Shown here in pieces: positions 40,074 to 49,897 of a stretch of DNA of 64,000 bases (positions are counted from its first letter, which is position 1; each line of letters begins with the position of its first letter). Source of the stretch: a virus; IMG/VR virus record IMGVR_UViG_3300028874_000010, positions 32,001 through 96,000 of that record; one strand, given 5' to 3'. The position numbers were made by a program, and so were the translations under genes. The notes beneath the pieces are model-generated. The model was given only the letters and a program-made list of their open reading frames with translations. It did not search any database and was not told the origin of the DNA.

Positions 40074-40604
40074 TTACCGAGAAATTTTATTAGCGGTCAT
40101 GCGTTGAATTGGGCCACCTGGTGGTTTGCCACTTGCTGCTTTAATTGGTGGCGTGATGGTCTTTGCAATACCATCATTGACTTTCTTGACTCGTTGAATA
40201 GGCAATTGCGAAACCAGTGCATTTGTTGTTTCTGGTTTCTTTGGATCGACCTTACCTATCACAAAAAAAGCAACACATCCGTTCATATATGTGATCTTTT
40301 CGATTGCGGTGCCAATCATGCCGGTCACGATATCTTCAACAGTATTACCGATAATCACATCAGTCGTTGCAGTCACTTCAGTAACACGGTCCGATTGACC
40401 TTTTCCAACAACATCTAAAACATGTTGATCGATTGCTATACAGTCTGGATAACGACCAGATTCATCAGGCACACAAGCGGGTTGAACTCCATATTGCGTA
40501 TTGCCATTAAGCTGTTCGACTTTTGATGTTGCAATGCCTCGGAACCCGGTTGTCACATCAATGACTTCCATGCCAAGCCCAAGTTCCAATTTTTTACTAG
40601 CCAT
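40074..40604 (-). CDS. Protein with two tandem copies of a small beta-barrel-like domain
   Basis: LG.EV.DV.TGF.GIA....LNG and IG..V.D.VTG..G.A....MNG. Confidence 0.65.
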   Translation of the reverse strand: MASKKLELGLGMEVIDVTTGFRGIATSKVEQLNGNTQYGVQPACVPDESGRYPDCIAIDQHVLDVVGKGQSDRVTEVTATTDVIIGNTVEDIVTGMIGTAIEKITYMNGCVAFFVIGKVDPKKPETTNALVSQLPIQRVKKVNDGIAKTITPPIKAASGKPPGGPIQRMTANKISR

Positions 40605-40652
40605 GATGATATCCTTTTATATTGCGTTAACTACGGTTGAAATCTAATAAAA

Positions 40653-40874
40653 TTATTTAACATGCCAAGGCCCATCACAACCAGTTTGTTCTTGTATACT
40701 ATCAGAATGTCGCATACAAAAACTATAGATTGGATAAAGCCAATATGCAATAAAATCAAACCTACAGAAAAATTTCGAAACAAAATCGCCTATCCAGTAT
40801 AAGGACCAAGATAAAACATAACCCGCCATTTTCGACATATTATCCTTTTTTCTTTGTATAAACAAGTAAAACAA
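40653..40874 (-). CDS. Small hypothetical protein; likely start MSKMAG
   Basis: AAGGA RBS. Confidence 0.5.
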   Translation of the reverse strand: MFYLFIQRKKDNMSKMAGYVLSWSLYWIGDFVSKFFCRFDFIAYWLYPIYSFCMRHSDSIQEQTGCDGPWHVK

Positions 40875-41475
40875 ATTTCTTTAGGTCTGAATTATCGCTC
40901 CAGATTTCTTCTTCTGGAACATTCTCACCGTCATACAAAACCGGTTTGCCATCTTTATCTAGTATCAGATGACCATGATCAAGAATATAGACTGCTTCGT
41001 TTGCCAAATGAGAACGAGCAATTTTCTTCCAAAGCTTGTATCCACCTTCATATTGCAAAGTATCCGAGATGATTGTATAACCATCCTGAACCAAAGATGA
41101 ATACAGAAAGGTTCCAAGGCCTTCGAATTTATTTTGTCTTGCTACTTCAACGAGATCAACTTGTAAAATCTTATCCATCAATGGCTTAACATCAGCCCCA
41201 ATCTTCAAGGTCAACTTAAATAATAGTTGACCGAAAATCATGATTCCATCAGTCCCATCATGGCGCTTTTGTCTTGTCCCAATAATTGCTGTTTCCAGAT
41301 CGTTGGTCAACTGAACTTCAACATCGCCTCGCTTAGCAACAAGTTTATATCCTCGTTCTTTCAAGGCATCATTGGAAGAAAAGAAAGGTTCCATTGGACC
41401 TTCTTCCTCAGTATCAGCAAGTTCAGCACGACTTCGGTGTGGCATTTCATTAAGATATAATTCTTCTAGTTTCAT
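40840..41475 (-). CDS. GNAT-like phage protein, paralog family with 45846, 46784 and 48677
   Basis: GLGTFLY...ISDTLQYEGGYKLW; MKLEELYLNE N-terminus; GATAAATA at 41505-41512. Confidence 0.65.
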   Translation of the reverse strand: MKLEELYLNEMPHRSRAELADTEEEGPMEPFFSSNDALKERGYKLVAKRGDVEVQLTNDLETAIIGTRQKRHDGTDGIMIFGQLLFKLTLKIGADVKPLMDKILQVDLVEVARQNKFEGLGTFLYSSLVQDGYTIISDTLQYEGGYKLWKKIARSHLANEAVYILDHGHLILDKDGKPVLYDGENVPEEEIWSDNSDLKKFVLLVYTKKKG

Positions 41476-41555
41476 GGCAAATTCTCCTAAGATTCTTCTG
41501 AGGCTATTTATCTCTCTCTCATAGTACTCCAGGAGTGAAGGCTAGTACATTATTA

Positions 41556-42041
41556 TTACTTTATACTTCTATGATATGCAGCCGATAAAAAATCTGGATC
41601 TTTTGCAGTCTTTGTACATAGGAATTGCGGGTCTGGGATAATTCCAACTCGCCCAAGATCTAATCTATCAGCATCCCAACATGTTCTAATTGTTAGGCTT
41701 GATTGTGTTAACCCATCACTATGATAAGACATTGCGTAACATAGTTCATCAAACCCAGCATCATCAATTCTAAAATATCCACCATGGCGTCTAAGCCATA
41801 TTGCATTTTCTTTAGCTAATAAGCCATGTTCAAAATCTTCACCTTCATGAGTTCGTTTATGATCATGAAGAAAAGAAAATAGCCAAACTACATCTTCGCG
41901 GGCACCTTCAGATCTAGCAATTAAGAGGCCATTCTTTAACACTCTTGACCAATGCCCCGCACCATGAATACCTTTCCAATCGAGTTCAAAATTATCTCTA
42001 AGGTAATTGAATATTGCTCGTTTGTTGATTTGTGTTTCCAT
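41556..42041 (-). CDS. HD-domain protein
   Basis: HG.GHW.RV, LHD and CWDADRLDLGRVG motifs. Confidence 0.85.
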   Translation of the reverse strand: METQINKRAIFNYLRDNFELDWKGIHGAGHWSRVLKNGLLIARSEGAREDVVWLFSFLHDHKRTHEGEDFEHGLLAKENAIWLRRHGGYFRIDDAGFDELCYAMSYHSDGLTQSSLTIRTCWDADRLDLGRVGIIPDPQFLCTKTAKDPDFLSAAYHRSIK

Positions 42042-42045
42042 TGAC

Positions 42046-42561
42046 CTATTTTACTTCCTTTGCGTCAGAACCAGCCTGGAATTTGTACAACAAAGTCGTG
42101 GTGCGATGGCCATAAAACCCGTTATCGATAATTTCAGTGATTGCATCGTCGAACAATACTTCAAACGCATCAAATGCATCAACGTAAAATTCTGGGATTT
42201 GTGCCAATACTTCAGCAATCGTAGGCTTGAAAAATCCATGATACGCACACGTATGAAATGTCGGGATGCACCCAATCAATTTCAAACTGTTCATATCTAC
42301 TTTTTCAGTGAATTTAGGACCCCAGTGAAATGAATCAGTGAACAGATTCGGAAGCTCAATCTTCCACAAAAGTCCATCCGTACCCCGAACTAACGGAGTG
42401 TATTTCCGGATCCTCTCATTAGCAGCTTCTTCAGATATTTCAAGAAGCTCATTTATTTCTTCTTTAGATTTAAGACGGAACCAGGTCATTATCTTTCCTT
42501 TTACGTTCATCCGCAAGTTTATCAAAAAACCCTTTATTCGTAGCGTCAGACCAGGTATCAA
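42046..42561 (-). CDS. Hypothetical phage protein; likely start MTWF
   Basis: H.C.Y.GFFKPTIAEVLAQIP motif. Confidence 0.6.
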   Translation of the reverse strand: MIPGLTLRIKGFLINLRMNVKGKIMTWFRLKSKEEINELLEISEEAANERIRKYTPLVRGTDGLLWKIELPNLFTDSFHWGPKFTEKVDMNSLKLIGCIPTFHTCAYHGFFKPTIAEVLAQIPEFYVDAFDAFEVLFDDAITEIIDNGFYGHRTTTLLYKFQAGSDAKEVK

Positions 42562-42705
42562 GACGTTGCTCTACAGTCAGAGAACCTCCAGTATTAATCC
42601 GCCAGCCTCATAATCAATTAGGTAATTAAAGAATATTATATTCCAATTACCTAATCATGTACAATCAATTATGCAGCTTTTTTGATGGTGTGACCTTTAG
42701 AATCA

Positions 42706-44001
42706 TCAAACCATGTAGATTAATGTAGCTTTCTTACCACGCTTTGCCTTTTCGATTTCTTGGATAGCTTCAGAAATAGAATCAACTTCTTTTACAAATA
42801 CGCCATCTTTCTTTCGAAGCAAACGAATTTTACCAGGAATAGTAATAGGACTGAGTACTTGTGCAATTGCTGGGCTATGTGCTTGAACAACTGGGGCTAC
42901 TGCAGCCGCTTGAGCAGCAACTACAGCTTTTGGTTGATATGAAGGACCTTCAGTAAAGGCCTTACCAACATGTGGCCAATACATCACACAGGAACCCGTC
43001 ACGAGCTTCCGATTGACCGAGGTTGATTGGATATAAATCTCCCAATTGCCATGGGCGCCTGGAACGACTCGCGCATTCCCAACAGTAGGAAGACCAATCA
43101 TCTGGCGAGCAGCAGGGCCATAATAAACGGTTCCATCTTTTGAATCACGAATGATAATCAGTTTGTTTTCTTGGACCTTACTTTCCGTTTTATTCAACAG
43201 ATAGAAAGCCGAACCTTTAAGCATAGGCTTGTTCAAACGCTTTTCAACGAATGGACGAATTTCTGCGCCATTTTCATTGTGAAGAACCGGCCACATTGTG
43301 ATTTCAGCCGAAATATCTTTTAGCTGAGCTTTTGCTTCGGCCACAGTAACATTAGCCGCGCTTGCATAGAAGGTCGAAGTGCTTTTTACGCCGCGCGACC
43401 GTTCTGTGTAATAATCATTGAACGCTGCTGTTGTGGCTTGTGTAGAGACTGTTACACCATGAGCGGTTTGGTCCCATTCTTGAATATTACCAGACGGGAT
43501 TCCGAAACGTGTTAGGTTTCGTGTTTCGCCACGAGGAACTCGAAATACGAAAGTCCAACGATCGGTATTTTGAAGTTCACGAATTTTGTTGCTGAGAGAA
43601 ACACCAGTCCATTTCTTAGACGAATTTTCGCCGCCATCTGTTGTTACAATGATTAAGAAAGAAACATCTGGATCATTCGCATCCGGAACCGATTGAAGCA
43701 AATCGATTAGTTCACCAACAGAGTCGAATAGAGGAGTTGAACCGCCAGTTGTTGCATATTCATTTACAGCAATTGGCTTGATGATATGGATATTCGAATT
43801 AACGATTTGGCGCTTGACACCAGTCGATCCACTAGGAAGACGAAGACCGCATTGAATAACACTGACGATAGTGTCGAGATTATTCATTCTTGCTGCTTGT
43901 TGAATTGCTGAGATATTTGTGTTGAAGTCTTTAGCCGCGTAACGACCGATACCACTCATTGAACCAGAATGGTCATTGGAAAAGCCGATATAATTTTTCA
44001 T
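42706..44001 (-). CDS. von Willebrand factor A domain protein
   Basis: MIDAS DHSGSM, GSTPLFD and TTDGGEN.S motifs; TATAAATA at 44084-44091. Confidence 0.8.
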   Translation of the reverse strand: MKNYIGFSNDHSGSMSGIGRYAAKDFNTNISAIQQAARMNNLDTIVSVIQCGLRLPSGSTGVKRQIVNSNIHIIKPIAVNEYATTGGSTPLFDSVGELIDLLQSVPDANDPDVSFLIIVTTDGGENSSKKWTGVSLSNKIRELQNTDRWTFVFRVPRGETRNLTRFGIPSGNIQEWDQTAHGVTVSTQATTAAFNDYYTERSRGVKSTSTFYASAANVTVAEAKAQLKDISAEITMWPVLHNENGAEIRPFVEKRLNKPMLKGSAFYLLNKTESKVQENKLIIIRDSKDGTVYYGPAARQMIGLPTVGNARVVPGAHGNWEIYIQSTSVNRKLVTGSCVMYWPHVGKAFTEGPSYQPKAVVAAQAAAVAPVVQAHSPAIAQVLSPITIPGKIRLLRKKDGVFVKEVDSISEAIQEIEKAKRGKKATLIYMV

Positions 44002-44155
44002 AAAATTGATGCTCCAAAATATTATTTTTTTAAAGGTACTACAAATTATTTTCAAAGTCGTCGCTTCGTAATCGCGACATACTTATTTATAGTACAAAAA
44101 AGTCACCGCGATTGCAGTGCCTATCATAATGCAAATGACAAATTTTTAAACTGGA

Positions 44156-44523
44156 TTATTTCCGACCTAACGCTTGATTAATCATTTGTTGGCTACGTGA
44201 TATTTCTGGCTGCCGAAAATAATCCAACATTGCGGTCATGATTTCCTGAGGACGAACCATATAATGGAACGCACGAATCTCATCGCCTTTCTCGTCGACC
44301 AATGAAAGGAATTCTTTATTCCGTCCATTGTGATGCACATAGACCTTGAGCATCTAGCCGCCTGTGACATCACTGACATCGCGTGAAATACCTGTGAATC
44401 TGTATCTACATCAGTGTCCCACTCGCCGAATGGCGTGACTTCATTGTTGGGGATCTTGATAGGGCTAGTGCCTAGAAATAACTGTGCTTGATCGAACTTG
44501 AGCTTTGGCATATTGAGTCTCAA
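44156..44523 (-). pseudogene. Frameshifted paralog of 48034-48354
   Basis: 3' frame KVYVHHNGRNKEFLSLVDEKGDE..FHY matches KFYVHHQGRSKQFMTILDDKGDE..FHY; the 5' part is in another frame, break near 44354. Confidence 0.55.
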
Positions 44524-44586
44524 AAATTACGATGGATGCGTTTGACCGCAATATCAATCTATCACGCCCATCCATCATGGTACACC

Positions 44587-45792
44587 TTAATAAGCTAAAA
44601 GTTTGAAAGCATTATCCCGATTCATTTTAAGAACCTTGCCATAGGTTAATCCAAGTGCACTGCACGATTGAACATAGTTATTAGGACTTTGGCCATCCAT
44701 TCCTAAAAGATCAAACGTATTAATGATTGTGTTTAATGCTGCCAAACCAGTCGGCGATTCGTAAAATACTTTACTGGCATAATACATCCGAGCACGATTA
44801 GGCATAATGCCTGTTTCGTTAAGTTGCTTAATCAGGAAATCTAGATCCTGATCACCAGTATCGCTAATTTTTACTTTATCCCAGGTAACCTTGCCATCAG
44901 GATTTCTGTGAGCCATCATGTTATCGAATGCAGAACTATGCATTAAAGCTTTAGCCCATTTGACAGGTTCATCCTCGAGAGTGAGGCCAGTCCGACGAGC
45001 ACGGATGATTGATATCTCCCGGAATGCTTGCTGGCGTAGTATAGCGGCGAGAGGGCTTCCCGAGTTGCTGCCATCATCAGAACCATCACCGAACGATGTC
45101 TCGATATCGTAGAACGTATTACACGGATCTAGGACGCCGTTATGCAACGCAGTGGACATACGAGTTTGACCATCGTGCCGATCTCTGGTAAGATGGTAAT
45201 CATAGATCTTGCTTTTCATGTAATGATTGACGAGGCCAGTATCCACGAGACTCGGAACATTAACCAATGGATAAAGATCGCCGCCCATATAGGCATGCAT
45301 TTTGAAAGGCTTGATGGTTTTAGAAAAGCGATTAAAGATGACATTGCGATTGTCGAGGTGCGCGGTGTACCTGGACTTTGCTGTCATTTTAGTATTGGCT
45401 GGATCAATAAGATCCGAATCAACGAATTCGACGCGTGTTTGAATGTCGTTAACATTGATGCCATGCCACATAGAAAATAGTGGTTGGTCAATAACAACTT
45501 TATCGAATTTGAATTGGCGAATCAGCATGTTGATATGCTCAATGACTTTAAAGCCACGATAGATGTAAAGCTTTACGCCGAGTTTGTTTTTGAGCATGGC
45601 ATCGAATGAGTTGATGCTGCTATAGAAGGCGTTGAGGTTGTCTTGAGAACAAGCGCGATAGATTTCGAGTTCGCGTTGTCCAGCAAAATAGAATGGAGAG
45701 TAATAGACGAATGCACATTCGTCATTGAGGCTGGAGGTTAATCTTGAATCTTCACGGAACGAATGCGTCATCCATACAAGAGTGCGCGACAT
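44587..45792 (-). CDS. Photolyase/cryptochrome-family flavoprotein (divergent, short C-terminus)
   Basis: LVW...FR.D, T.MS..L..G, A.LRQ..FRE and QL.ETG.M.NRARM..AS motifs; GGAGG RBS. Confidence 0.75.
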   Translation of the reverse strand: MSRTLVWMTHSFREDSRLTSSLNDECAFVYYSPFYFAGQRELEIYRACSQDNLNAFYSSINSFDAMLKNKLGVKLYIYRGFKVIEHINMLIRQFKFDKVVIDQPLFSMWHGINVNDIQTRVEFVDSDLIDPANTKMTAKSRYTAHLDNRNVIFNRFSKTIKPFKMHAYMGGDLYPLVNVPSLVDTGLVNHYMKSKIYDYHLTRDRHDGQTRMSTALHNGVLDPCNTFYDIETSFGDGSDDGSNSGSPLAAILRQQAFREISIIRARRTGLTLEDEPVKWAKALMHSSAFDNMMAHRNPDGKVTWDKVKISDTGDQDLDFLIKQLNETGIMPNRARMYYASKVFYESPTGLAALNTIINTFDLLGMDGQSPNNYVQSCSALGLTYGKVLKMNRDNAFKLLAY

Positions 45793-45845
45793 GATATGCC
45801 TCCAAGAATTGGTGTAATTGATTATACACCAATTCTATAAAGACA

Positions 45846-46436
45846 TTACTTAAAGATTACAACGATCATACGTTGGAACCAATTTGCGTTGCCCCAAGTA
45901 GATGGAATTTGTTTCTTAAACTCGGCATTTGATTTAACATCAATAAATGTTTTGTCATTGGTATTAATGACGCGAACAGTTAATTTTTTGTCAAGTGCTT
46001 CTTTCACGACAAATGACCAAAAATTCTTACCTTTTTCAGTTTGTTGACTGTCGCTAGCCAAACATTTATATTTTGGCCAAAGAATATCCCAAAATACTTT
46101 GTTAGCTACTTTTGTTGAAGCATGGTTATCTTTATTACGCCATACTAAAACCTGTCTAATAGCTTTCGACGGGGATAGTGATTGGTCAAACTCGACTACA
46201 TGGTACTTCACAAAATATACAACCCGAGATTTAACTGGTTCTGAAATATCATATACAAAATAATATCCAGTCCCGCCATCCTCTAATTGGTACAAACTTG
46301 CATCATCATCTAGTTTTTCTATTTCTTTTGCAGAGTTAATGTTCTGCAAACAATAATTAGATGCTTTTTGTACCTCATTTCTATCCAGTGAAGGAATGCT
46401 TTGAGGTTCTTCTTCAAGTACTTCAGCAAGTTTCAT
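45846..46436 (-). CDS. GNAT-like phage protein, distant member of the paralog family
   Basis: LASDSQQTEKGKNFW; MKLAEVLEEE N-terminus. Confidence 0.55.
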   Translation of the reverse strand: MKLAEVLEEEPQSIPSLDRNEVQKASNYCLQNINSAKEIEKLDDDASLYQLEDGGTGYYFVYDISEPVKSRVVYFVKYHVVEFDQSLSPSKAIRQVLVWRNKDNHASTKVANKVFWDILWPKYKCLASDSQQTEKGKNFWSFVVKEALDKKLTVRVINTNDKTFIDVKSNAEFKKQIPSTWGNANWFQRMIVVIFK

Positions 46437-46480
46437 GATATGCTCCTTTTTACTATAGTATCACAGGATGTGATAGAGCA

Positions 46481-46744
46481 TTAATTCTTTGGCTTCTGTC
46501 CCTTGACAACGATACAGCAATCAAGTTCCTTTGGATCCCATTCCTTGACCTTACCGTTTTGACCAATCAATCCAATGAGTGAGCCATCATCAGAGACCTT
46601 GATAAACTCTCCGGCAAAATTGCCGTCTTCATCAGTCAAAACGACACCACGTTCGATTGGTTCTTTTTCCCAACCATTACCGTATGGGTCTTGAGCGTAC
46701 ACGTCGTAGCTTTGCTTGTTTGGTGCGAATTCTTGAAGTTTCAT
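46481..46744 (-). CDS. Small late protein
   Basis: CATAAATA at 46768-46775; MKLQEF N-terminus. Confidence 0.6.
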   Translation of the reverse strand: MKLQEFAPNKQSYDVYAQDPYGNGWEKEPIERGVVLTDEDGNFAGEFIKVSDDGSLIGLIGQNGKVKEWDPKELDCCIVVKGQKPKN

Positions 46745-46783
46745 GTTAAATCCTTAGATTGTTTCTCTATTTATGCCGAACAC

Positions 46784-47059
46784 TTATTTCTTTTTCAACA
46801 TTAACAAAACATACCGAGTTGCTTCTTTTGCATTTTTCGCTGGCGCCTTCCAAATCTTTTCATCGGCTAGATTTTTGCCATTGTATTTCAATGGCTTATC
46901 TCCATCCATCACTACATTGCCGTTATCGATCACATACACATCAAAGTGAGATGCTTCAGATAATTTAGCAAGCTTTTCCCACAATTTCTTTCCGCCAATG
47001 TATTGCGTGTGATAGGAAATTAAAACATATCCAAATTCAATCAAACTCAAATATAGATT
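46784..47059 (-). pseudogene. 5'-truncated duplicate of the 48677-49318 gene
   Basis: NLYLSLIEFGYVLISYHTQYIGGKKLWEKLA...TRYVLL.LKKK aligns with the C-terminal ~90 aa of 48677-49318. Confidence 0.75.
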
Positions 47060-47094
47060 ACTCCTTTAATTCTTATTTTTATTATACCACAATT

Positions 47095-47856
47095 TTAGCA
47101 CCAAATTCCTTGGCCCAAGAATAACTTTTCAAGTATGCTAGGATTCTTTTCGTATTTAGACCAGGCATTTTCTAGTTGAGCCAATCTATCAGTAACTATT
47201 TTTAATGCTGAAATATTCAAGACCATGCCCAAATGACTTGAAAAAATTTCAATGTTTTCAGATTGACTTGATTCTTTTTCTTGACTCGATACCCAAGGAA
47301 CAACACCATCAGTTTTGCTATACACCGAAGTCGTAGGAACCGGAGGAGTATTGTGTGGATAATATTGTTCGTGACGCCCAGATTCTTTTGACACTAAATT
47401 AAATAAAGCGGTTGCTTTAGTACATTCGGTAATGTCAGAGAAAGGAGTTCCTAAAGTAATAACTAAACGAGTTTCGTCTGGACATAACTTAGATAATTCC
47501 CTAGCAAATACTCCGCCAAGAGAATGACCAACCAATGAAACTTTGCGACCGGTTTGTTGATATGTTGTGTTGATTAGTTGGATGCATTTTTCTACGACAC
47601 CTGGCTCTGGTCCTTTATTAATACCAAGACCCCAAGGAATAACCTGATACCCGAGACTCTTTAAAAGAGAACGAAGATAGATAGTAGAAAAATCGCCGTA
47701 TCCATATCCAGGAAATACTATAACTGGATGACCATCGCCTATTTGATAATCTGTATAAGGACGTAGAATTAAAGATGTGATGAATTCAAACATCAATCTT
47801 GATTCTAGTAGAATAGGAATAATCCCTGGTGTGGAAACTTCTTTTGTATCATTCAT
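47095..47856 (-). CDS. Alpha/beta hydrolase (esterase/lipase-like)
   Basis: GDGHPV.V.PG, GHSLGG, DGVV and HLG catalytic triad. Confidence 0.9.
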   Translation of the reverse strand: MNDTKEVSTPGIIPILLESRLMFEFITSLILRPYTDYQIGDGHPVIVFPGYGYGDFSTIYLRSLLKSLGYQVIPWGLGINKGPEPGVVEKCIQLINTTYQQTGRKVSLVGHSLGGVFARELSKLCPDETRLVITLGTPFSDITECTKATALFNLVSKESGRHEQYYPHNTPPVPTTSVYSKTDGVVPWVSSQEKESSQSENIEIFSSHLGMVLNISALKIVTDRLAQLENAWSKYEKNPSILEKLFLGQGIWC

Positions 47857-47972
47857 ATAATCCCGAAGGTAATAAACCGTGTTAGATATTTATTACTTTA
47901 ACCCCGTTCATACTTGATCAAATAATCAATCCGATTTTAGCTTCATTCAATGCAGAAACTATAGCTGAAAAT

Positions 47973-48011
47973 GTTATTATTCTCTAATATGGTGTTAGAG
48001 AATAATAACAT
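47973..48011. repeat. 16-bp inverted repeat
   Basis: tgttattattctctaa ... ttagagaataataaca. Confidence 0.75.
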
Positions 48012-48033
48012 AGGGTGTTTATATAGAGTAAGA

Positions 48034-48354
48034 TTAGCTTCGGAAGTAATCGAGAATTTTTTGTTTGATTTCTTGAGTTGTTGCAGTGTAATGAAATGTA
48101 GCGAGTTCATCACCCTTGTCATCGAGAATCGTCATGAATTGCTTTGAACGGCCTTGATGATGGACGTAAAACTTAATTCGCTTACCCATACATCGCATAT
48201 ACACCACAGATCGACCAACCTCGATAGTGGACATTCGTTTCAAATCTTGATCTTCAAACAAAGCTTTTGCATGTTCAAAGAATAAAGAAGAAGACCAACC
48301 ACCAGCTTGAAGATACTCATCGATTGATTTTGTGAGTTGCATGAGAATTTTCAC
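48034..48354 (-). CDS. Hypothetical early protein
   Basis: Preceded by TTTACA-17-TGTGGTACAAT promoter (48378-48406). Confidence 0.65.
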   Translation of the reverse strand: MKILMQLTKSIDEYLQAGGWSSSLFFEHAKALFEDQDLKRMSTIEVGRSVVYMRCMGKRIKFYVHHQGRSKQFMTILDDKGDELATFHYTATTQEIKQKILDYFRS

Positions 48355-48414
48355 CTCTAGTACAATAAGTTAAGTTAATTGTACCACATTCTGTGAAAAG
48401 TGTAAAACTATAAT

Positions 48415-48492
48415 TGGTACCCAATCTCGGATTCGAACCGAGAACATTAAGCTTTTGAAGCTTACGCGTCTACCAGATTGCGCCAATTGGGC
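48415..48492 (-). tRNA. tRNA-Leu(CAA), short variable loop
   Basis: Loop TTCAAAA, A73-CCA. Confidence 0.9.
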
Positions 48493-48583
48493 AGTGTAAT
48501 ACGAAAAATTATTTCAATTCTTTAGAAGTCCCAACCAATAGAATTGGCTTATGTAATTATTCATGAAATTAATTTGGCAGCGG

Positions 48584-48672
48584 AGGAAGATATGGGATTC
48601 GAACCCATGGGCCACCATAAGGCGACCTCCTGTTTAGCAAACAGGTATAATTAACCGCTCTACCAATCTTCC
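48584..48672 (-). tRNA. tRNA-Ser(GCT), CCA not encoded (CCG)
   Basis: Loop TTGCTAA, long variable arm. Confidence 0.9.
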
Positions 48673-48676
48673 TTTG

Positions 48677-49318
48677 TTACTTCTTTTTCATAGCTAGTAA
48701 TACATATCTGGTTGAATCTTTAGCTGACTTTGCTGGAGTCTTCCAAATCTTTTCATCTGTAATATTCTTGCCATCATATTTCAATGGACTTCCGGAATCA
48801 TCAAGGATTACATTTCCGTTGTCAATCACGTATACATCAAATTTATCACCAGAGAACCTCGCTAACTTTTCCCACAACTTCCTACCACCAATATATTGAG
48901 TGTGATCAGAAATCAAAACAAAACCATATTCGACTAAACTTAAATACAAATTGTAGCCGAAGCCATTGGCTTTTTCTTTACTGTATACTTCAACTACATC
49001 TACTTGAAGTACATTCTTAGAAGTTAAAATTTCTTCATCATAAGACAAATCCAGCTTACTTTTAAATTCTAATTTTCCAATTAGGTTAAGGCCGATTTTT
49101 TTATCTTCCTTACGAACAGATAATATGCCAATTACAGCAAAGCTTTTATCTTTTTTCAGGATAGACCATACTTCTTCATCATTGACTTTGACCTTCCCGA
49201 TACTATCAAAATCTCGTTTGATAGTATCTTCAGAATAAAATCGCATAGTACCAGACATTACAACAGGCATTTCTTTGTCGATAAATTCTGGCATTTCAAA
49301 TAGCTCTTCTATTTTCAT
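48677..49318 (-). CDS. GNAT-like phage protein (paralog family)
   Basis: GFGYNLY...ISDHTQYIGGRKLW; MKIEELFEMP N-terminus. Confidence 0.65.
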   Translation of the reverse strand: MKIEELFEMPEFIDKEMPVVMSGTMRFYSEDTIKRDFDSIGKVKVNDEEVWSILKKDKSFAVIGILSVRKEDKKIGLNLIGKLEFKSKLDLSYDEEILTSKNVLQVDVVEVYSKEKANGFGYNLYLSLVEYGFVLISDHTQYIGGRKLWEKLARFSGDKFDVYVIDNGNVILDDSGSPLKYDGKNITDEKIWKTPAKSAKDSTRYVLLAMKKK

Positions 49319-49322
49319 AATC

Positions 49323-49763
49323 TTATAGTTTCTTGGTTTCAGACAATAGAAGTTTATCAATATAAATCACAACTTCTTGTTCATCACCATAACCTTCTTC
49401 TAATTCTTGATCGGCTAATTTATGTAATTCTTCAGGAGTGAATTCATTTACACCTTTAACAAATTCCAACCAATCTTCTTTATCCATCCCAGTCACATGG
49501 ACTAATAATGAATTTTTTTCAAGCCAATCAAGATTGTATTCGACCTTCACAATCTTAGCGTGTCGTTTCAATAATTTTTTGACATTAAGCTCTAATAAAA
49601 TATTGCCGAAATCTTCTGTCTGATTTGCTTCTTTATCTGGAGTCGCACACAATGTACCGCGTTTAAAAGTCAATTCTCCTGTACTAGTTAATGTATGATA
49701 TTGAGCATCACCCATGCGATGGTACAATTTAGTATACGGCGAAGCAAGTTCATATAATTTCAT
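49323..49763 (-). CDS. Possible ADP-ribosyltransferase-fold protein
   Basis: LYHR ... CATPD ... FG.ILLEL ... EQEVV pattern; MKLYEL N-terminus. Confidence 0.4.
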   Translation of the reverse strand: MKLYELASPYTKLYHRMGDAQYHTLTSTGELTFKRGTLCATPDKEANQTEDFGNILLELNVKKLLKRHAKIVKVEYNLDWLEKNSLLVHVTGMDKEDWLEFVKGVNEFTPEELHKLADQELEEGYGDEQEVVIYIDKLLLSETKKL

Positions 49764-49797
49764 TTTATACATCTGATTTCATTTTATTGATATGAAC

Positions 49798-49892
49798 TGG
49801 CGGAGGACCGGGGTCTCGAACCCCGACGTCTTATTAGGGACACACTACGTTCGAAGTAGTTTCCGCTAGGCCAAAACTCGGATAAGTCCTCC
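49798..49892 (-). tRNA. tRNA-Ser(CGA)
   Basis: Loop TTCGAAC, long variable arm, G73-CCA. Confidence 0.85.
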
Positions 49893-49897
49893 AATCT

